From positions 1-64,000 of the IMG/VR virus record IMGVR_UViG_3300025012_000029: a DNA stretch of 64,000 bases. The stretch is one strand, 5' to 3'. The stretch comes from a virus. Its lineage: Duplodnaviria > Caudoviricetes. Positions within the stretch are counted from its first letter, which is position 1. Each line of letters opens with the position of its first letter. Position numbers and translations under genes: made by a program. The notes below the pieces were generated by a model, which had not been told where the DNA came from, did no database searches, and was given only the letters and a program-made list of their open reading frames with translations. Shown here one piece after another: positions 36,710 through 45,448 of the stretch.

Positions 36710-37727
36710 TTAAAAACTCTACTATCTTATCAATTGTACCGTAAGGATCTTTTTTGTAATTTTTATCGTTAATCCTTAGTGTTGAAAATCCTCTTTTTGT
36801 TAATATTTCATCTCTTTCCTTATCCTTGTCTTCGTTGTTTTTATGCCAATAATTTCCGTCAAATTCAATAATTTTATTTTCATATAAAAAATCTAATGAA
36901 TAAAACTTAATATATTTTCCATCTTTATATATTTTAATTATTTTTTCCCCGTTACATTCTTTAAAAAATGTCATCTCTTTCTTCAAATCTAACCTTTGCA
37001 CAACGTCCCAAAATAATTTCTGAGAAATTTTCGAAAACCCAACACTATCTCGATTAGATGCTGCCTTCTCAGAAAGAGTACGCATTTTGTCTTTGTACTG
37101 ATCCCATTTTTCCTTTCCTAATGTCTCGCCAAAATCTTTCACAAATTTTTCAAGGGAAAAAGCATATTTTTGTTTTTCTGATTTTTTATTCCATCTAATT
37201 AAAGCTTCTTCTTTGCCGTGCTTTATAAACAAACTTTCATGAGAAAGTCCATTATCCCATTTTCTGTCAAGTTTTCTTTTTTCAATAGAACTTTTCCATT
37301 TTTCTAAATAAGAAGAATGTTTTTCTTTTGCCGCATCCTCTCCTATTCTTTCTGAAAGATTCTGCAAATTGTGCCAATTTTTTTGTTTTATTAAATTTTC
37401 ATAATATTCGATACCGTGTTTTTTAATAATAATTTCTTTATTATTCTTACGCTTGTTTGTCTGCGAATTCAAGATTTCTTCCCATCTGTCGCCATAACGT
37501 ATTTTGTATACTTCTTCTGTCATACAATTTCTTCCAAATTTTCTAGATGCTTCAATTCTCTCTAGCCAATCCCCATCGACATCATATTTTGTAAAATTTA
37601 ATATCAAGAATTTCTTATTTTTAAAATCTTTTCTTGACAAATTTTCATAGATTTTTTTTATTTGAAAAATTTGCTCATCGCTTAATGACAAATCTCGCAA
37701 CCATAAATAATTTTTTATAAAGTTCAT
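36702..37727 (-). CDS. Free-standing Vsr/DUF559-like homing endonuclease with helical K.G.E repeats
   Basis: SLDF...IIEFDGNYWH...KERD...LRI. TAATG overlap upstream and an 8-nt overlap downstream. Confidence 0.82.
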   Translation of the reverse strand: MNFIKNYLWLRDLSLSDEQIFQIKKIYENLSRKDFKNKKFLILNFTKYDVDGDWLERIEASRKFGRNCMTEEVYKIRYGDRWEEILNSQTNKRKNNKEIIIKKHGIEYYENLIKQKNWHNLQNLSERIGEDAAKEKHSSYLEKWKSSIEKRKLDRKWDNGLSHESLFIKHGKEEALIRWNKKSEKQKYAFSLEKFVKDFGETLGKEKWDQYKDKMRTLSEKAASNRDSVGFSKISQKLFWDVVQRLDLKKEMTFFKECNGEKIIKIYKDGKYIKFYSLDFLYENKIIEFDGNYWHKNNEDKDKERDEILTKRGFSTLRINDKNYKKDPYGTIDKIVEFLNG

Positions 37728-39058
37728 TATTTTTTTATCAAAAATTTATCCCCAATTTTTAATCCAGACTCTAAAGACTTATCCCCACTATCCGTTGGAA
37801 AAATATGTTTTTTAGAAACTTTCACAGACAATCCGTTTTTTAGCGTTATTTTATAGACTTTTTGGCGAGAGGAAAAAATATCAATAATTTTTTCGTAACC
37901 ATAAACAGTTTTTGTCATCATGCCTATCTTAGATTGTCCGATTTCAATTGTATGTTCTTTTTGATCTTCTCCTAATATATAAATAGGAGTATCAACAGAA
38001 AAACACCTATTTGTTTGCGAAGCGGTCCAGCCAACTATTTGATCTTCTTGACAAACTGCTTCAAACTCATCATAAGTTTCACCTATTTCATAACGTAATT
38101 CTTTTCTTATAGAAGAAGATTTGAGGAGATCGAGATAGTCTAGTTCGATCATATCCGGGATAAATCCTTGACTTTTAAGACGAGAAAGATGATTTTTTAC
38201 TGTCATCATCGATGCGCTCTTTTTTGGATACTGTTTGATTATTAATTGACCAGTGATTTTAGTCAACTCTTCTAAAACTTTTTCTTTGTGGTTGCGCAAT
38301 TCATCGATAGGTATTCCAGTCAAACAAGAATCAAATCTAAGTCCAATTACTTCTGCCGATAATTCAAGGGTGTAATAAACAACATTTTGTCCTCGTTTTA
38401 GTGCTTGTACGCCCAAATGAACGAGGCATAAACTTTTACCTGCGCCTGTCGGCGCTAAAATCAAACCATATTCGCCTCGACCTAAGCCACCGCTTGTAAG
38501 TTCATCAAGTCGATCCCACCCCGTCGGAATGGGATTACGAACATTTTCAACGTAACGTTTTTCGAAATCTTTGATAAAATCATGCCCAGTGTCAATTTCT
38601 CCTCCAGCTTTTAGAGCAGTATTGATAACTTTGCTAATTTCGTCAAACGAATTCGTTTTGAGGAGAGAAGCAGATTTAATCATAGCTTCGTGCAACTTTT
38701 GTTTTCTGCAGAAATCTAACGCTTCATTCTGAATGAAATTTCCATCCTCAATATGATCGGAAGCTAACATGCGGGCATAAAAGTCTCTTACTTGTTTTTG
38801 AAGAATTTCATTCTCTTTTTCTAAGGATGTCCGAAGAATTATCTCCATTGTATCTCTACTAGGATGAACTTTATATTGTTTTTTATAATCAAAAATTCTT
38901 GAAACAAATCCTTGGAGATATCTTGATTCAAAATATTCAACATTTAATACTTCAATCATTCTATCGGCAAAGACTCTATCATCCAATATTAAAAAAGCAA
39001 GTCTCTCTTGAAATGAGCGGCCGAAGGTTGAAAAAGTCGGAGCATCAACTATATTCAT
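37727..39058 (-). CDS. dnaB: Replicative helicase (DnaB/gp41-like), N-terminal fragment with a 92-aa split-intein N half
   Basis: Walker A APTGAGKS, YYTLE, LDYLD, ASQTNR|CFSVDT, block B VSKKH. Confidence 0.93.
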   Translation of the reverse strand: MNIVDAPTFSTFGRSFQERLAFLILDDRVFADRMIEVLNVEYFESRYLQGFVSRIFDYKKQYKVHPSRDTMEIILRTSLEKENEILQKQVRDFYARMLASDHIEDGNFIQNEALDFCRKQKLHEAMIKSASLLKTNSFDEISKVINTALKAGGEIDTGHDFIKDFEKRYVENVRNPIPTGWDRLDELTSGGLGRGEYGLILAPTGAGKSLCLVHLGVQALKRGQNVVYYTLELSAEVIGLRFDSCLTGIPIDELRNHKEKVLEELTKITGQLIIKQYPKKSASMMTVKNHLSRLKSQGFIPDMIELDYLDLLKSSSIRKELRYEIGETYDEFEAVCQEDQIVGWTASQTNRCFSVDTPIYILGEDQKEHTIEIGQSKIGMMTKTVYGYEKIIDIFSSRQKVYKITLKNGLSVKVSKKHIFPTDSGDKSLESGLKIGDKFLIKK

Positions 39059-39079
39059 TATTTTCTCGATGGACGTAAA

Positions 39080-39108
39080 ATACTACCCTAAGTGAGAATT
39101 GAAGTCAA
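39080..39108 (-). promoter_or_regulatory. Sigma-70-type promoter upstream of the helicase
   Basis: On the - strand: TTGACT, 17-nt spacer, TAGTAT, in the 74-bp intergenic gap. Confidence 0.65.
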
Positions 39109-39132
39109 TTATTTACCCTGAGTAGAAAGTAA

Positions 39133-40122
39133 TTAGTTCTCAACTCTTTTGGACTCTGCAACTATAAATCTAAAAGTTTGGAAAAGAGAGTCCCAGTTAT
39201 AATCAGTAAAGCCGTCGATGACCATCTTGTGAGTAATCTGGGTTTGACTAAACATTGGTTCAAAATTTTGTATTGTTTCTTTGATTGCCTTTGAAACAGT
39301 TGGTGACATATTGGGGACATAAAGTTGCATCAATTTATAATTCATTTTAATAATTTCCTTAGACGCAACAATGTCGTTATATATTTTGAGTTCCCCTTTG
39401 TGCTCTTCACAATGAGAAATAACATCGTCAATTGTAAATGATTTACTATCTTGCAGGAATGGAATTCTTTTAGCTATTGTGGCTAAACCTACGCCACGTA
39501 CGCCTTCTAAATTATCTGATTTATCTCCTGCAATGGCTCTTGCTAAAGCAAAATTTTGTGGATGGATGCCATATTCTTTTACAATTCTACTTTCATTTAA
39601 GATTTCTTTCTGAACTGGACGCAATAATATTGTTTCTTTGTTGCACAATTGAATGAAATCTTTATCACTTGAAACTATTATTTTGATATTGTTTTTGAGA
39701 GATTGAAGATTACATATTCGCGCGATAACATCATCAGCCTCTACATTTTCGAAAACAAACTGTATCAGTGGCATTAAGTTCAAATAATCTGCTAAACGAA
39801 CAAATTGATTTATCTTATTTAATTTTTCTTCTTCCTCCGAAAGATTATGAACACTTCTATTCAATTTGATGGGAGCGCGACCTTCTTTATATTCGGAATT
39901 TATTTTTCTCTTTCTTAATGAACCTCCAGATCCATCCCAAACAACAATTATTTTATGAATTGGACCAGACTCTCTGCTAACCTTCTGCAAGGATTTTAAA
40001 AATCCTTTATTGCCGCCACATGGATTCCCATCTGCACAAATACTGGGGTCTGCTACATAATTTCTTATAAATAAATTATAAGCGTCAACAATTAGAATCC
40101 TATTCTTTTTTATAGACATCAA
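39133..40122 (-). CDS. 5'-3' exonuclease / flap endonuclease (Pol I N-terminal domain or T4 RNase H-like)
   Basis: IVDAYN, EADDVI, SSDKDF, GDKSDN..GV.GVG. Confidence 0.92.
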   Translation of the reverse strand: MMSIKKNRILIVDAYNLFIRNYVADPSICADGNPCGGNKGFLKSLQKVSRESGPIHKIIVVWDGSGGSLRKRKINSEYKEGRAPIKLNRSVHNLSEEEEKLNKINQFVRLADYLNLMPLIQFVFENVEADDVIARICNLQSLKNNIKIIVSSDKDFIQLCNKETILLRPVQKEILNESRIVKEYGIHPQNFALARAIAGDKSDNLEGVRGVGLATIAKRIPFLQDSKSFTIDDVISHCEEHKGELKIYNDIVASKEIIKMNYKLMQLYVPNMSPTVSKAIKETIQNFEPMFSQTQITHKMVIDGFTDYNWDSLFQTFRFIVAESKRVEN

Positions 40123-40128
40123 AACACT

Positions 40129-41253
40129 CTATGAATCTATTGAATAGTGCGCATCGGCATTACCAGTTTTATCATTAAATTTTTGATGTCTATCCACATC
40201 CATCACATTAAGGACAGTTTCCCTAAACATCGGATCCTTCATTTTTTCCATCCAAGAAGTTCCTTGAAACTTCATAATAGTTCCATCTTTAGCAGTAATA
40301 GATTTCCATGCTCCTGCGGTTTGGATTGCTCCTGTTAATTCCAATGCTTCTTGCCAACTTTCTTCATCCCTAATTCCAATTGGATCCTCGCCCCAAACTA
40401 TTTTAAAACCCGCTTCGCGACCCTCAGTTCCAAACCTAGATTTCTTGAGTTTAGCTTTTAACTCGGAACCGATTCTATATCCTTTGTCGTTATTTAAATA
40501 ACTGTCTTTAGCTTTTCGTCCCGTCAGCCAAATGCGTAAACTGTAAGCGTATATAAGGGCCTTCCCACCAGGAGTCATCCAGGGATCTATTTTCATAGAT
40601 GATGGATCACTGGTGTTGAGATTTGTTCTCAATTGATTTAAAACTAAAAATGTAGAATTCGCATTTGCGATTGGAAGAGTGAGTTTCTGCATTGCCAACG
40701 AAGCGATTCGTGCTTTTCGTGCCATAGAAGAACTCGGATCAAAATTAGGATCTTCCATGTCTGCTTTACATGGCGTATTAGCAAAAGAATCTAAAATATA
40801 AAGAACATTCTGTTGAGATAGCAGTGTTTCAATAGTTTCAAATACAAATTCAACAGATTGAGCCTGTACGTATGTAAATGTTCCAGAATCTAAATTTATA
40901 CCCAGTTTTTCAATAAACTCCGGATCAACAGCAGATTCAGAATCGAACCAAACAACGGACATTCCCATTTTCTGAGCGTTAGCGGCAATAAGGGCAGCAA
41001 GATAAGATTTTCCGCTGGCCTCTAAACCAGCAATTTCTACAATTTTACCTACAGGAATTCCAGCGGGCTTGCCTTTACAAATAATAGAATCCAACCATCG
41101 TGATCCAGTTGGAATCCAGGATTTAACTTCAGAAGGGTTTTCATCCTTTAAGGAAAAGGCAATATCAAATCCAGCCTTTTTATTCAAAATGCCTCTAATA
41201 TCTTCGCCAGATAAATGTCCTGTAATTTTTTCTTTTTTTGATTTAGGTATCAT
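40129..41253 (-). CDS. recA: RecA/UvsX recombinase
   Basis: IPTGS, GLEASGKS, FDSE, LNQLR, TPGG. Confidence 0.92.
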   Translation of the reverse strand: MIPKSKKEKITGHLSGEDIRGILNKKAGFDIAFSLKDENPSEVKSWIPTGSRWLDSIICKGKPAGIPVGKIVEIAGLEASGKSYLAALIAANAQKMGMSVVWFDSESAVDPEFIEKLGINLDSGTFTYVQAQSVEFVFETIETLLSQQNVLYILDSFANTPCKADMEDPNFDPSSSMARKARIASLAMQKLTLPIANANSTFLVLNQLRTNLNTSDPSSMKIDPWMTPGGKALIYAYSLRIWLTGRKAKDSYLNNDKGYRIGSELKAKLKKSRFGTEGREAGFKIVWGEDPIGIRDEESWQEALELTGAIQTAGAWKSITAKDGTIMKFQGTSWMEKMKDPMFRETVLNVMDVDRHQKFNDKTGNADAHYSIDS

Positions 41254-41267
41254 AATTTACTTTCTAT

Positions 41268-41310
41268 AAAAAACAGTAGGAGAGATCCCAACATAGAACC
41301 TCTCCTACTG
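41268..41310 (-). terminator. Intrinsic terminator downstream of ssb
   Basis: 11-bp perfect stem cagtaggagag/ctctcctactg followed by T6 on the - strand. Confidence 0.8.
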
Positions 41311-41328
41311 CTATTCTCATTTTGTTTC

Positions 41329-42117
41329 TTAGTCGTCAGTACCAGTACCATCAATTTCGAGTTCATCGATAGCGGCATCAACATCTTTAATGACAGTGGA
41401 AGACGAACTTTCCTTTGTGGAATTGCTGGAATTGTTACCATACTTTTTTTGTCCATCATTATCGAATGGATCAGCTAAAAAGTGTTCGAGAATTAATGCC
41501 ACTTCTGGAGGCGTCTTTCGCTCGAAGAAAGAATCTACTGGTCTAACCTTGTCGAGAATTTCTTTGATTTCCTTTTTAGTCTTGGCAAGCGGCTTTGTTA
41601 CTGGTTTAACCGTAATATCGGAAGACGGAAATGATGCTCCTCCGCCCTTTTCATACATAAGCTTTACATCGCGCCCATTATCAATATCCGTAATATCGCC
41701 ATAATCTGGGTCAATAACTACCTTGATTAACTTTTTATAAAGTTCTTTACCATACCCGTAAGGTTTAGGACCTTCAGATTCTTTACCTCTAACAACAACA
41801 TTAGAAAAGAATCGTTGACGCGCAAATAAATCCTTTGCCATTTTCTTCCCCTCATCTGTACCTTCTTGCCACAAAGAAGAAGCGTAATCACAAATTGGAC
41901 ACTTCTCTCCAAAGTTTCGCTTCGGACACATAACACTAGTACCTACATTATAGTGGAACCAATATTCCTTGAATGGATCTCCATCGTCGGATGGAAGAAA
42001 ACGAATTTCCTGTTCGCCAATTTCTGGCTTGAAAAAATCATTATTTTTTGAACTCTTTTTTCCTCTGTTATCTATATTCTCTAGTTTTTCTCTCATTTTA
42101 TCTACATTAATAACCAT
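41329..42117 (-). CDS. gp32-like single-stranded DNA-binding protein
   Basis: IRFLP, CPICD, DYGDITDIDNGRD and an acidic C-terminal tail. Sits next to the recombinase. Confidence 0.85.
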   Translation of the reverse strand: MVINVDKMREKLENIDNRGKKSSKNNDFFKPEIGEQEIRFLPSDDGDPFKEYWFHYNVGTSVMCPKRNFGEKCPICDYASSLWQEGTDEGKKMAKDLFARQRFFSNVVVRGKESEGPKPYGYGKELYKKLIKVVIDPDYGDITDIDNGRDVKLMYEKGGGASFPSSDITVKPVTKPLAKTKKEIKEILDKVRPVDSFFERKTPPEVALILEHFLADPFDNDGQKKYGNNSSNSTKESSSSTVIKDVDAAIDELEIDGTGTDD

Positions 42118-42171
42118 TTTATTTCTCCTTTTGGACTATAGTCCTTATAGTTGTATGACAAATCTCTCATA

Positions 42172-43035
42172 CTACTGATCTTTATTGATTTGAATTTCAG
42201 ATGTGTATTTTAGACAATACACGATGTCGTACTCGTAATTAGTTGCGTATATGCCGTACGAAATACGGTTTATTTCACTTGGCATTTTACTCTTAACTAT
42301 ATTCTTTACGCTACTCAAAATACTTGGATCATTCTTCAAACTTTTTTCAGAGTACCCAAAATAATACACGGCATCGGTGCTTCTGTCAAGATCAAAAAAC
42401 ATTTTTTCTTCATTTTCTTTTGGATCAAGAATGCCAAATGTAGCGATGCGCGCTGCAATGGGTGGAACATGAAATGTATTAAAAACTGGCTTAATTTCTT
42501 GTAACTTACATATTGTGTTGAATGTAGATGCGATTGTATCATTAATTTTTTCATTGTAAGAAAGTAATGGCAAACGTCCAAGACACTTATCAATTTCTTC
42601 ATTAGAAGCTAAATACAACATTTCAAATAAACCAGATCTGGCAGATTCTTGAAAAACACCAAACACCGTTCGTTGTTTGATCGCATTAACTCCAACTATC
42701 ATATCTAATGCTGGCTGAATATATAAAACATATATTTTAAAATTGTTTTGAAGTTGACCTAGTAGGTTGAGCGAACAAAAAGAAAGATTACCTCCCCCTG
42801 AAGTTATTAGCAATAAATTTCCTTTGAGTCCTTTGAAATGTTTTTTAACTGATGGGAACTTTTCATCATAATCTTCAAGATGTTCAAATTTAGGAACTTG
42901 AATGTGTTTGAAATTGTCATAGGAACATTTTTCACAGTCTATCGAAAAAAATTTAGATTTCATTTTCAGTAGCGAAAGAAGATGAGCAATGCGATGCCCC
43001 GTGCCTCCAAGTCCTATGGCAACATCAAAAATCAT
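42172..43035 (-). CDS. Divergent tubulin/FtsZ-superfamily protein
   Basis: T1-like AIGLGGTGHRIA, degenerate T4 loop TSGGGNLS, YIQP, SNEEI. Confidence 0.6.
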   Translation of the reverse strand: MIFDVAIGLGGTGHRIAHLLSLLKMKSKFFSIDCEKCSYDNFKHIQVPKFEHLEDYDEKFPSVKKHFKGLKGNLLLITSGGGNLSFCSLNLLGQLQNNFKIYVLYIQPALDMIVGVNAIKQRTVFGVFQESARSGLFEMLYLASNEEIDKCLGRLPLLSYNEKINDTIASTFNTICKLQEIKPVFNTFHVPPIAARIATFGILDPKENEEKMFFDLDRSTDAVYYFGYSEKSLKNDPSILSSVKNIVKSKMPSEINRISYGIYATNYEYDIVYCLKYTSEIQINKDQ

Positions 43036-44224
43036 ATTTGATATAATCCTCCATTTCGCCTAAGTTTCTTCCTATTTTACATGTCACTCTAAAGATTCCA
43101 AATTCTGTATTTCCAAACATTTTAGCAATTGTGTTAACCATTTCTTTCTCTGGAGCGTATAAATCAATAATGACGCTATCATGAAGCAAAGCAACAATTT
43201 TAGATTTATACTTATTGCGGGACATAAACTGATCAATTTCTATGACTTTCCGCGAAAATATATCCCATGTGGTGCTCTGAATTAAATAACTCAAAGCATG
43301 TCGTTCGTCACTTTCAATTTCTCTTCCATATGGATTATGAATTTTATGTCCATCCCAATATTCTGATAAAACATTCTTTTTATTGTATGCTACATCTATT
43401 TTTGGAACTCCAGAAGAAAGATTATTGTCTCCATTATAAAACCACGCAAAAAATTTCTTCTTGACATCTTCTCTACTCAATCCTTGTTCAAAAAATGTCG
43501 AATGCCAATCATGTAAATCAATTTCAGGCTGCTCTTGTTTATTCAAACTAAGGAATGTACGAACTTCGGCTGCGTTGTAATCTATTTCAACAAATAAATG
43601 ATTATTTGGAACCAAATATTTACGCATTTTCTTATCGAGAGTCAGAATAGGAAAAGAATTCTTTTTAGTGGAAAGCCTGCCCGTGATTGTACCAAAATTT
43701 TTGTATTTAATTGTTTTTAAACCATTTTTGAGTTTATTCCTAAATCTTCTAACTCTGTCGTCAAATATATTTTTATCCATTTCAACAAAATCAACATTAA
43801 CAGTTTGTTTAGCTATTTTGGCAATTAATGTCTCCAAATCAACCAGATAATCATAATTTTTTGGACGCTCATAGGAAGAAATAACGTGAGATGTTATTTC
43901 GTTTTTAACGTTGAAGAAATTATGAATAAAATATTCCGGAAGTAAATTATAAAAATTATCTCCTATGTCGGACATTTTTGCTTCTTTGAAAGATTTCTGA
44001 AATGAATGATGTAATTTCTTCAGTCCAATCCATTTGGAATTCAAAAATTCTGGGCAAATATCATCTAATGTTTTACCGCCACAATATAATTGTGCGTACT
44101 CAATATTCAATCCATCAAGCATTGGATTATATGCCCAAGTATGAGTAAGCAAAGAACCATTGGCAGTAGGTTTCAATTGTCCGTCAATGTAAATATTTTT
44201 ACCACCAGCAACTTGAAATAACAT
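43025..44224 (-). CDS. Compact family-A DNA polymerase (polymerase domain, no recognisable exonuclease)
   Basis: TITGRLS, motif A IDYNAAEVR, motif B REDVKKKFFAWFY, IQST, motif C LHDS. Confidence 0.85.
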   Translation of the reverse strand: MLFQVAGGKNIYIDGQLKPTANGSLLTHTWAYNPMLDGLNIEYAQLYCGGKTLDDICPEFLNSKWIGLKKLHHSFQKSFKEAKMSDIGDNFYNLLPEYFIHNFFNVKNEITSHVISSYERPKNYDYLVDLETLIAKIAKQTVNVDFVEMDKNIFDDRVRRFRNKLKNGLKTIKYKNFGTITGRLSTKKNSFPILTLDKKMRKYLVPNNHLFVEIDYNAAEVRTFLSLNKQEQPEIDLHDWHSTFFEQGLSREDVKKKFFAWFYNGDNNLSSGVPKIDVAYNKKNVLSEYWDGHKIHNPYGREIESDERHALSYLIQSTTWDIFSRKVIEIDQFMSRNKYKSKIVALLHDSVIIDLYAPEKEMVNTIAKMFGNTEFGIFRVTCKIGRNLGEMEDYIKYDF

Positions 44225-44232
44225 TCAAACCC

Positions 44233-45438
44233 CTAGAATGAAAAATCAGTATGTTTTGATATAGTACCAGATATCTTTTCGCGTGAAAATTCTATTTTTT
44301 CATCAACGCTAAAAAGATGGGATTTGTTCAGATGTCTTTCAACATATTCTAATGCTTTTACTTTGTCAAGATTTTTTAAGATTTCTTGCGCATTTAACAC
44401 TAATCTATCAAAATTTCCTTGAGACAAAGACGTTCCGGTTTCACGACATCTAATATAACAATGCAGTTTTATCCAAAATAAATCATCAAATTGATCAGGC
44501 TTGATTGTTTTTCTTTCTAATCGTTCTGTTATTATTCTAGTTGTGGCAGATTGTTTAGTAATTTCAACAAATGGTTCTGCCGATACGAAAGAATTATAAA
44601 ACTCCGAAACATAGACTTTCAAAACATCAAGTTCTGTTCTTTGGGATTCATAATAAAAATTTCCAAACAAGTTCTTTGCAGAAATGCCATATTTTTCCAT
44701 ATAAGGAACCATGGCAGGCGATGCGATATCAGCAACTAATCTCCATGGAGCGTTTTTATCTATCATAAAGCCGTGTTGTCTAGCAACCTTTGTATAGAAT
44801 TCAAAATTCTTATCTAATATGAAATTTTCATATTTCTTTTGATCAATCGCGTGATTAGTATTCCGTAACTGTATCACTAATCCGGTGCTTTCCATAGAAC
44901 AAAATTTTGTAGTAATAAATGCCGTTCTAGTGAACGGATAGGCAGGATTTAAAATATCGATATATTCTAAAAAGACTTTGAGAAAACTATTGAAATCTAA
45001 TATCTTTATATCTCTACTAAATTCTTTAACAAAAGTATCTCTAAAAACTTCAAAAAGAACTGCGACGTGAGATTGATAAATGGAATGAACGCTTTCCCAG
45101 GCCACTTTTGGTTCCACATCTTCAAATTCGCTTTCATTAACATCTATTTTTGCTTGTTTTTTTGATCTTTCGAAAAAAGTTCTAAAATCACTAAAGGCAT
45201 CAACAACAAAATTTAATGCCATTAATATCTTTTTTTCTTTTACTTTTATTTGTTTTAGAGCAGCTTCTGATACAAATACAGCTCTATCAAGAGAGTTGAG
45301 TTTCCCATACAAAGGTTTCCCATACCACAGATCTATTGGAATCGGTAATGAATCGGGATATATTTTATCTTTGTATAAGGTTCGTTGTGTAAAGATGCCC
45401 AAGGAGTTGAGGACATTGTTTCCTCTTGGAATTGACAT
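44233..45438 (-). CDS. Hypothetical protein at the end of the baseplate module
   Basis: 401-aa ORF; positional inference only. Confidence 0.65.
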   Translation of the reverse strand: MSIPRGNNVLNSLGIFTQRTLYKDKIYPDSLPIPIDLWYGKPLYGKLNSLDRAVFVSEAALKQIKVKEKKILMALNFVVDAFSDFRTFFERSKKQAKIDVNESEFEDVEPKVAWESVHSIYQSHVAVLFEVFRDTFVKEFSRDIKILDFNSFLKVFLEYIDILNPAYPFTRTAFITTKFCSMESTGLVIQLRNTNHAIDQKKYENFILDKNFEFYTKVARQHGFMIDKNAPWRLVADIASPAMVPYMEKYGISAKNLFGNFYYESQRTELDVLKVYVSEFYNSFVSAEPFVEITKQSATTRIITERLERKTIKPDQFDDLFWIKLHCYIRCRETGTSLSQGNFDRLVLNAQEILKNLDKVKALEYVERHLNKSHLFSVDEKIEFSREKISGTISKHTDFSF

Positions 45439-45448
45439 ATTCTAACTA

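Noticed and set aside
42133-42144. 12-bp palindrome GGACTATAGTCC upstream of ssb
   Set aside because: Palindromes of this length are expected many times by chance in 64 kb of AT-rich DNA, and no second copy was noticed.
6010-43035. Bacterial chromosome or prophage origin, suggested by groL, clpP, recA, dnaE, thyX and guaB-like genes
   Set aside because: These genes are interleaved with phage hypotheticals in one co-directional block continuous with a T4-like virion module. No integrase, rRNA or ribosomal protein genes are seen.
42172-43035. Nucleus-forming (chimallin) jumbo phage, inferred from the tubulin-like gene
   Set aside because: No chimallin or multisubunit phage RNA polymerase genes are in this window, and the virion and replication genes are T4-like.
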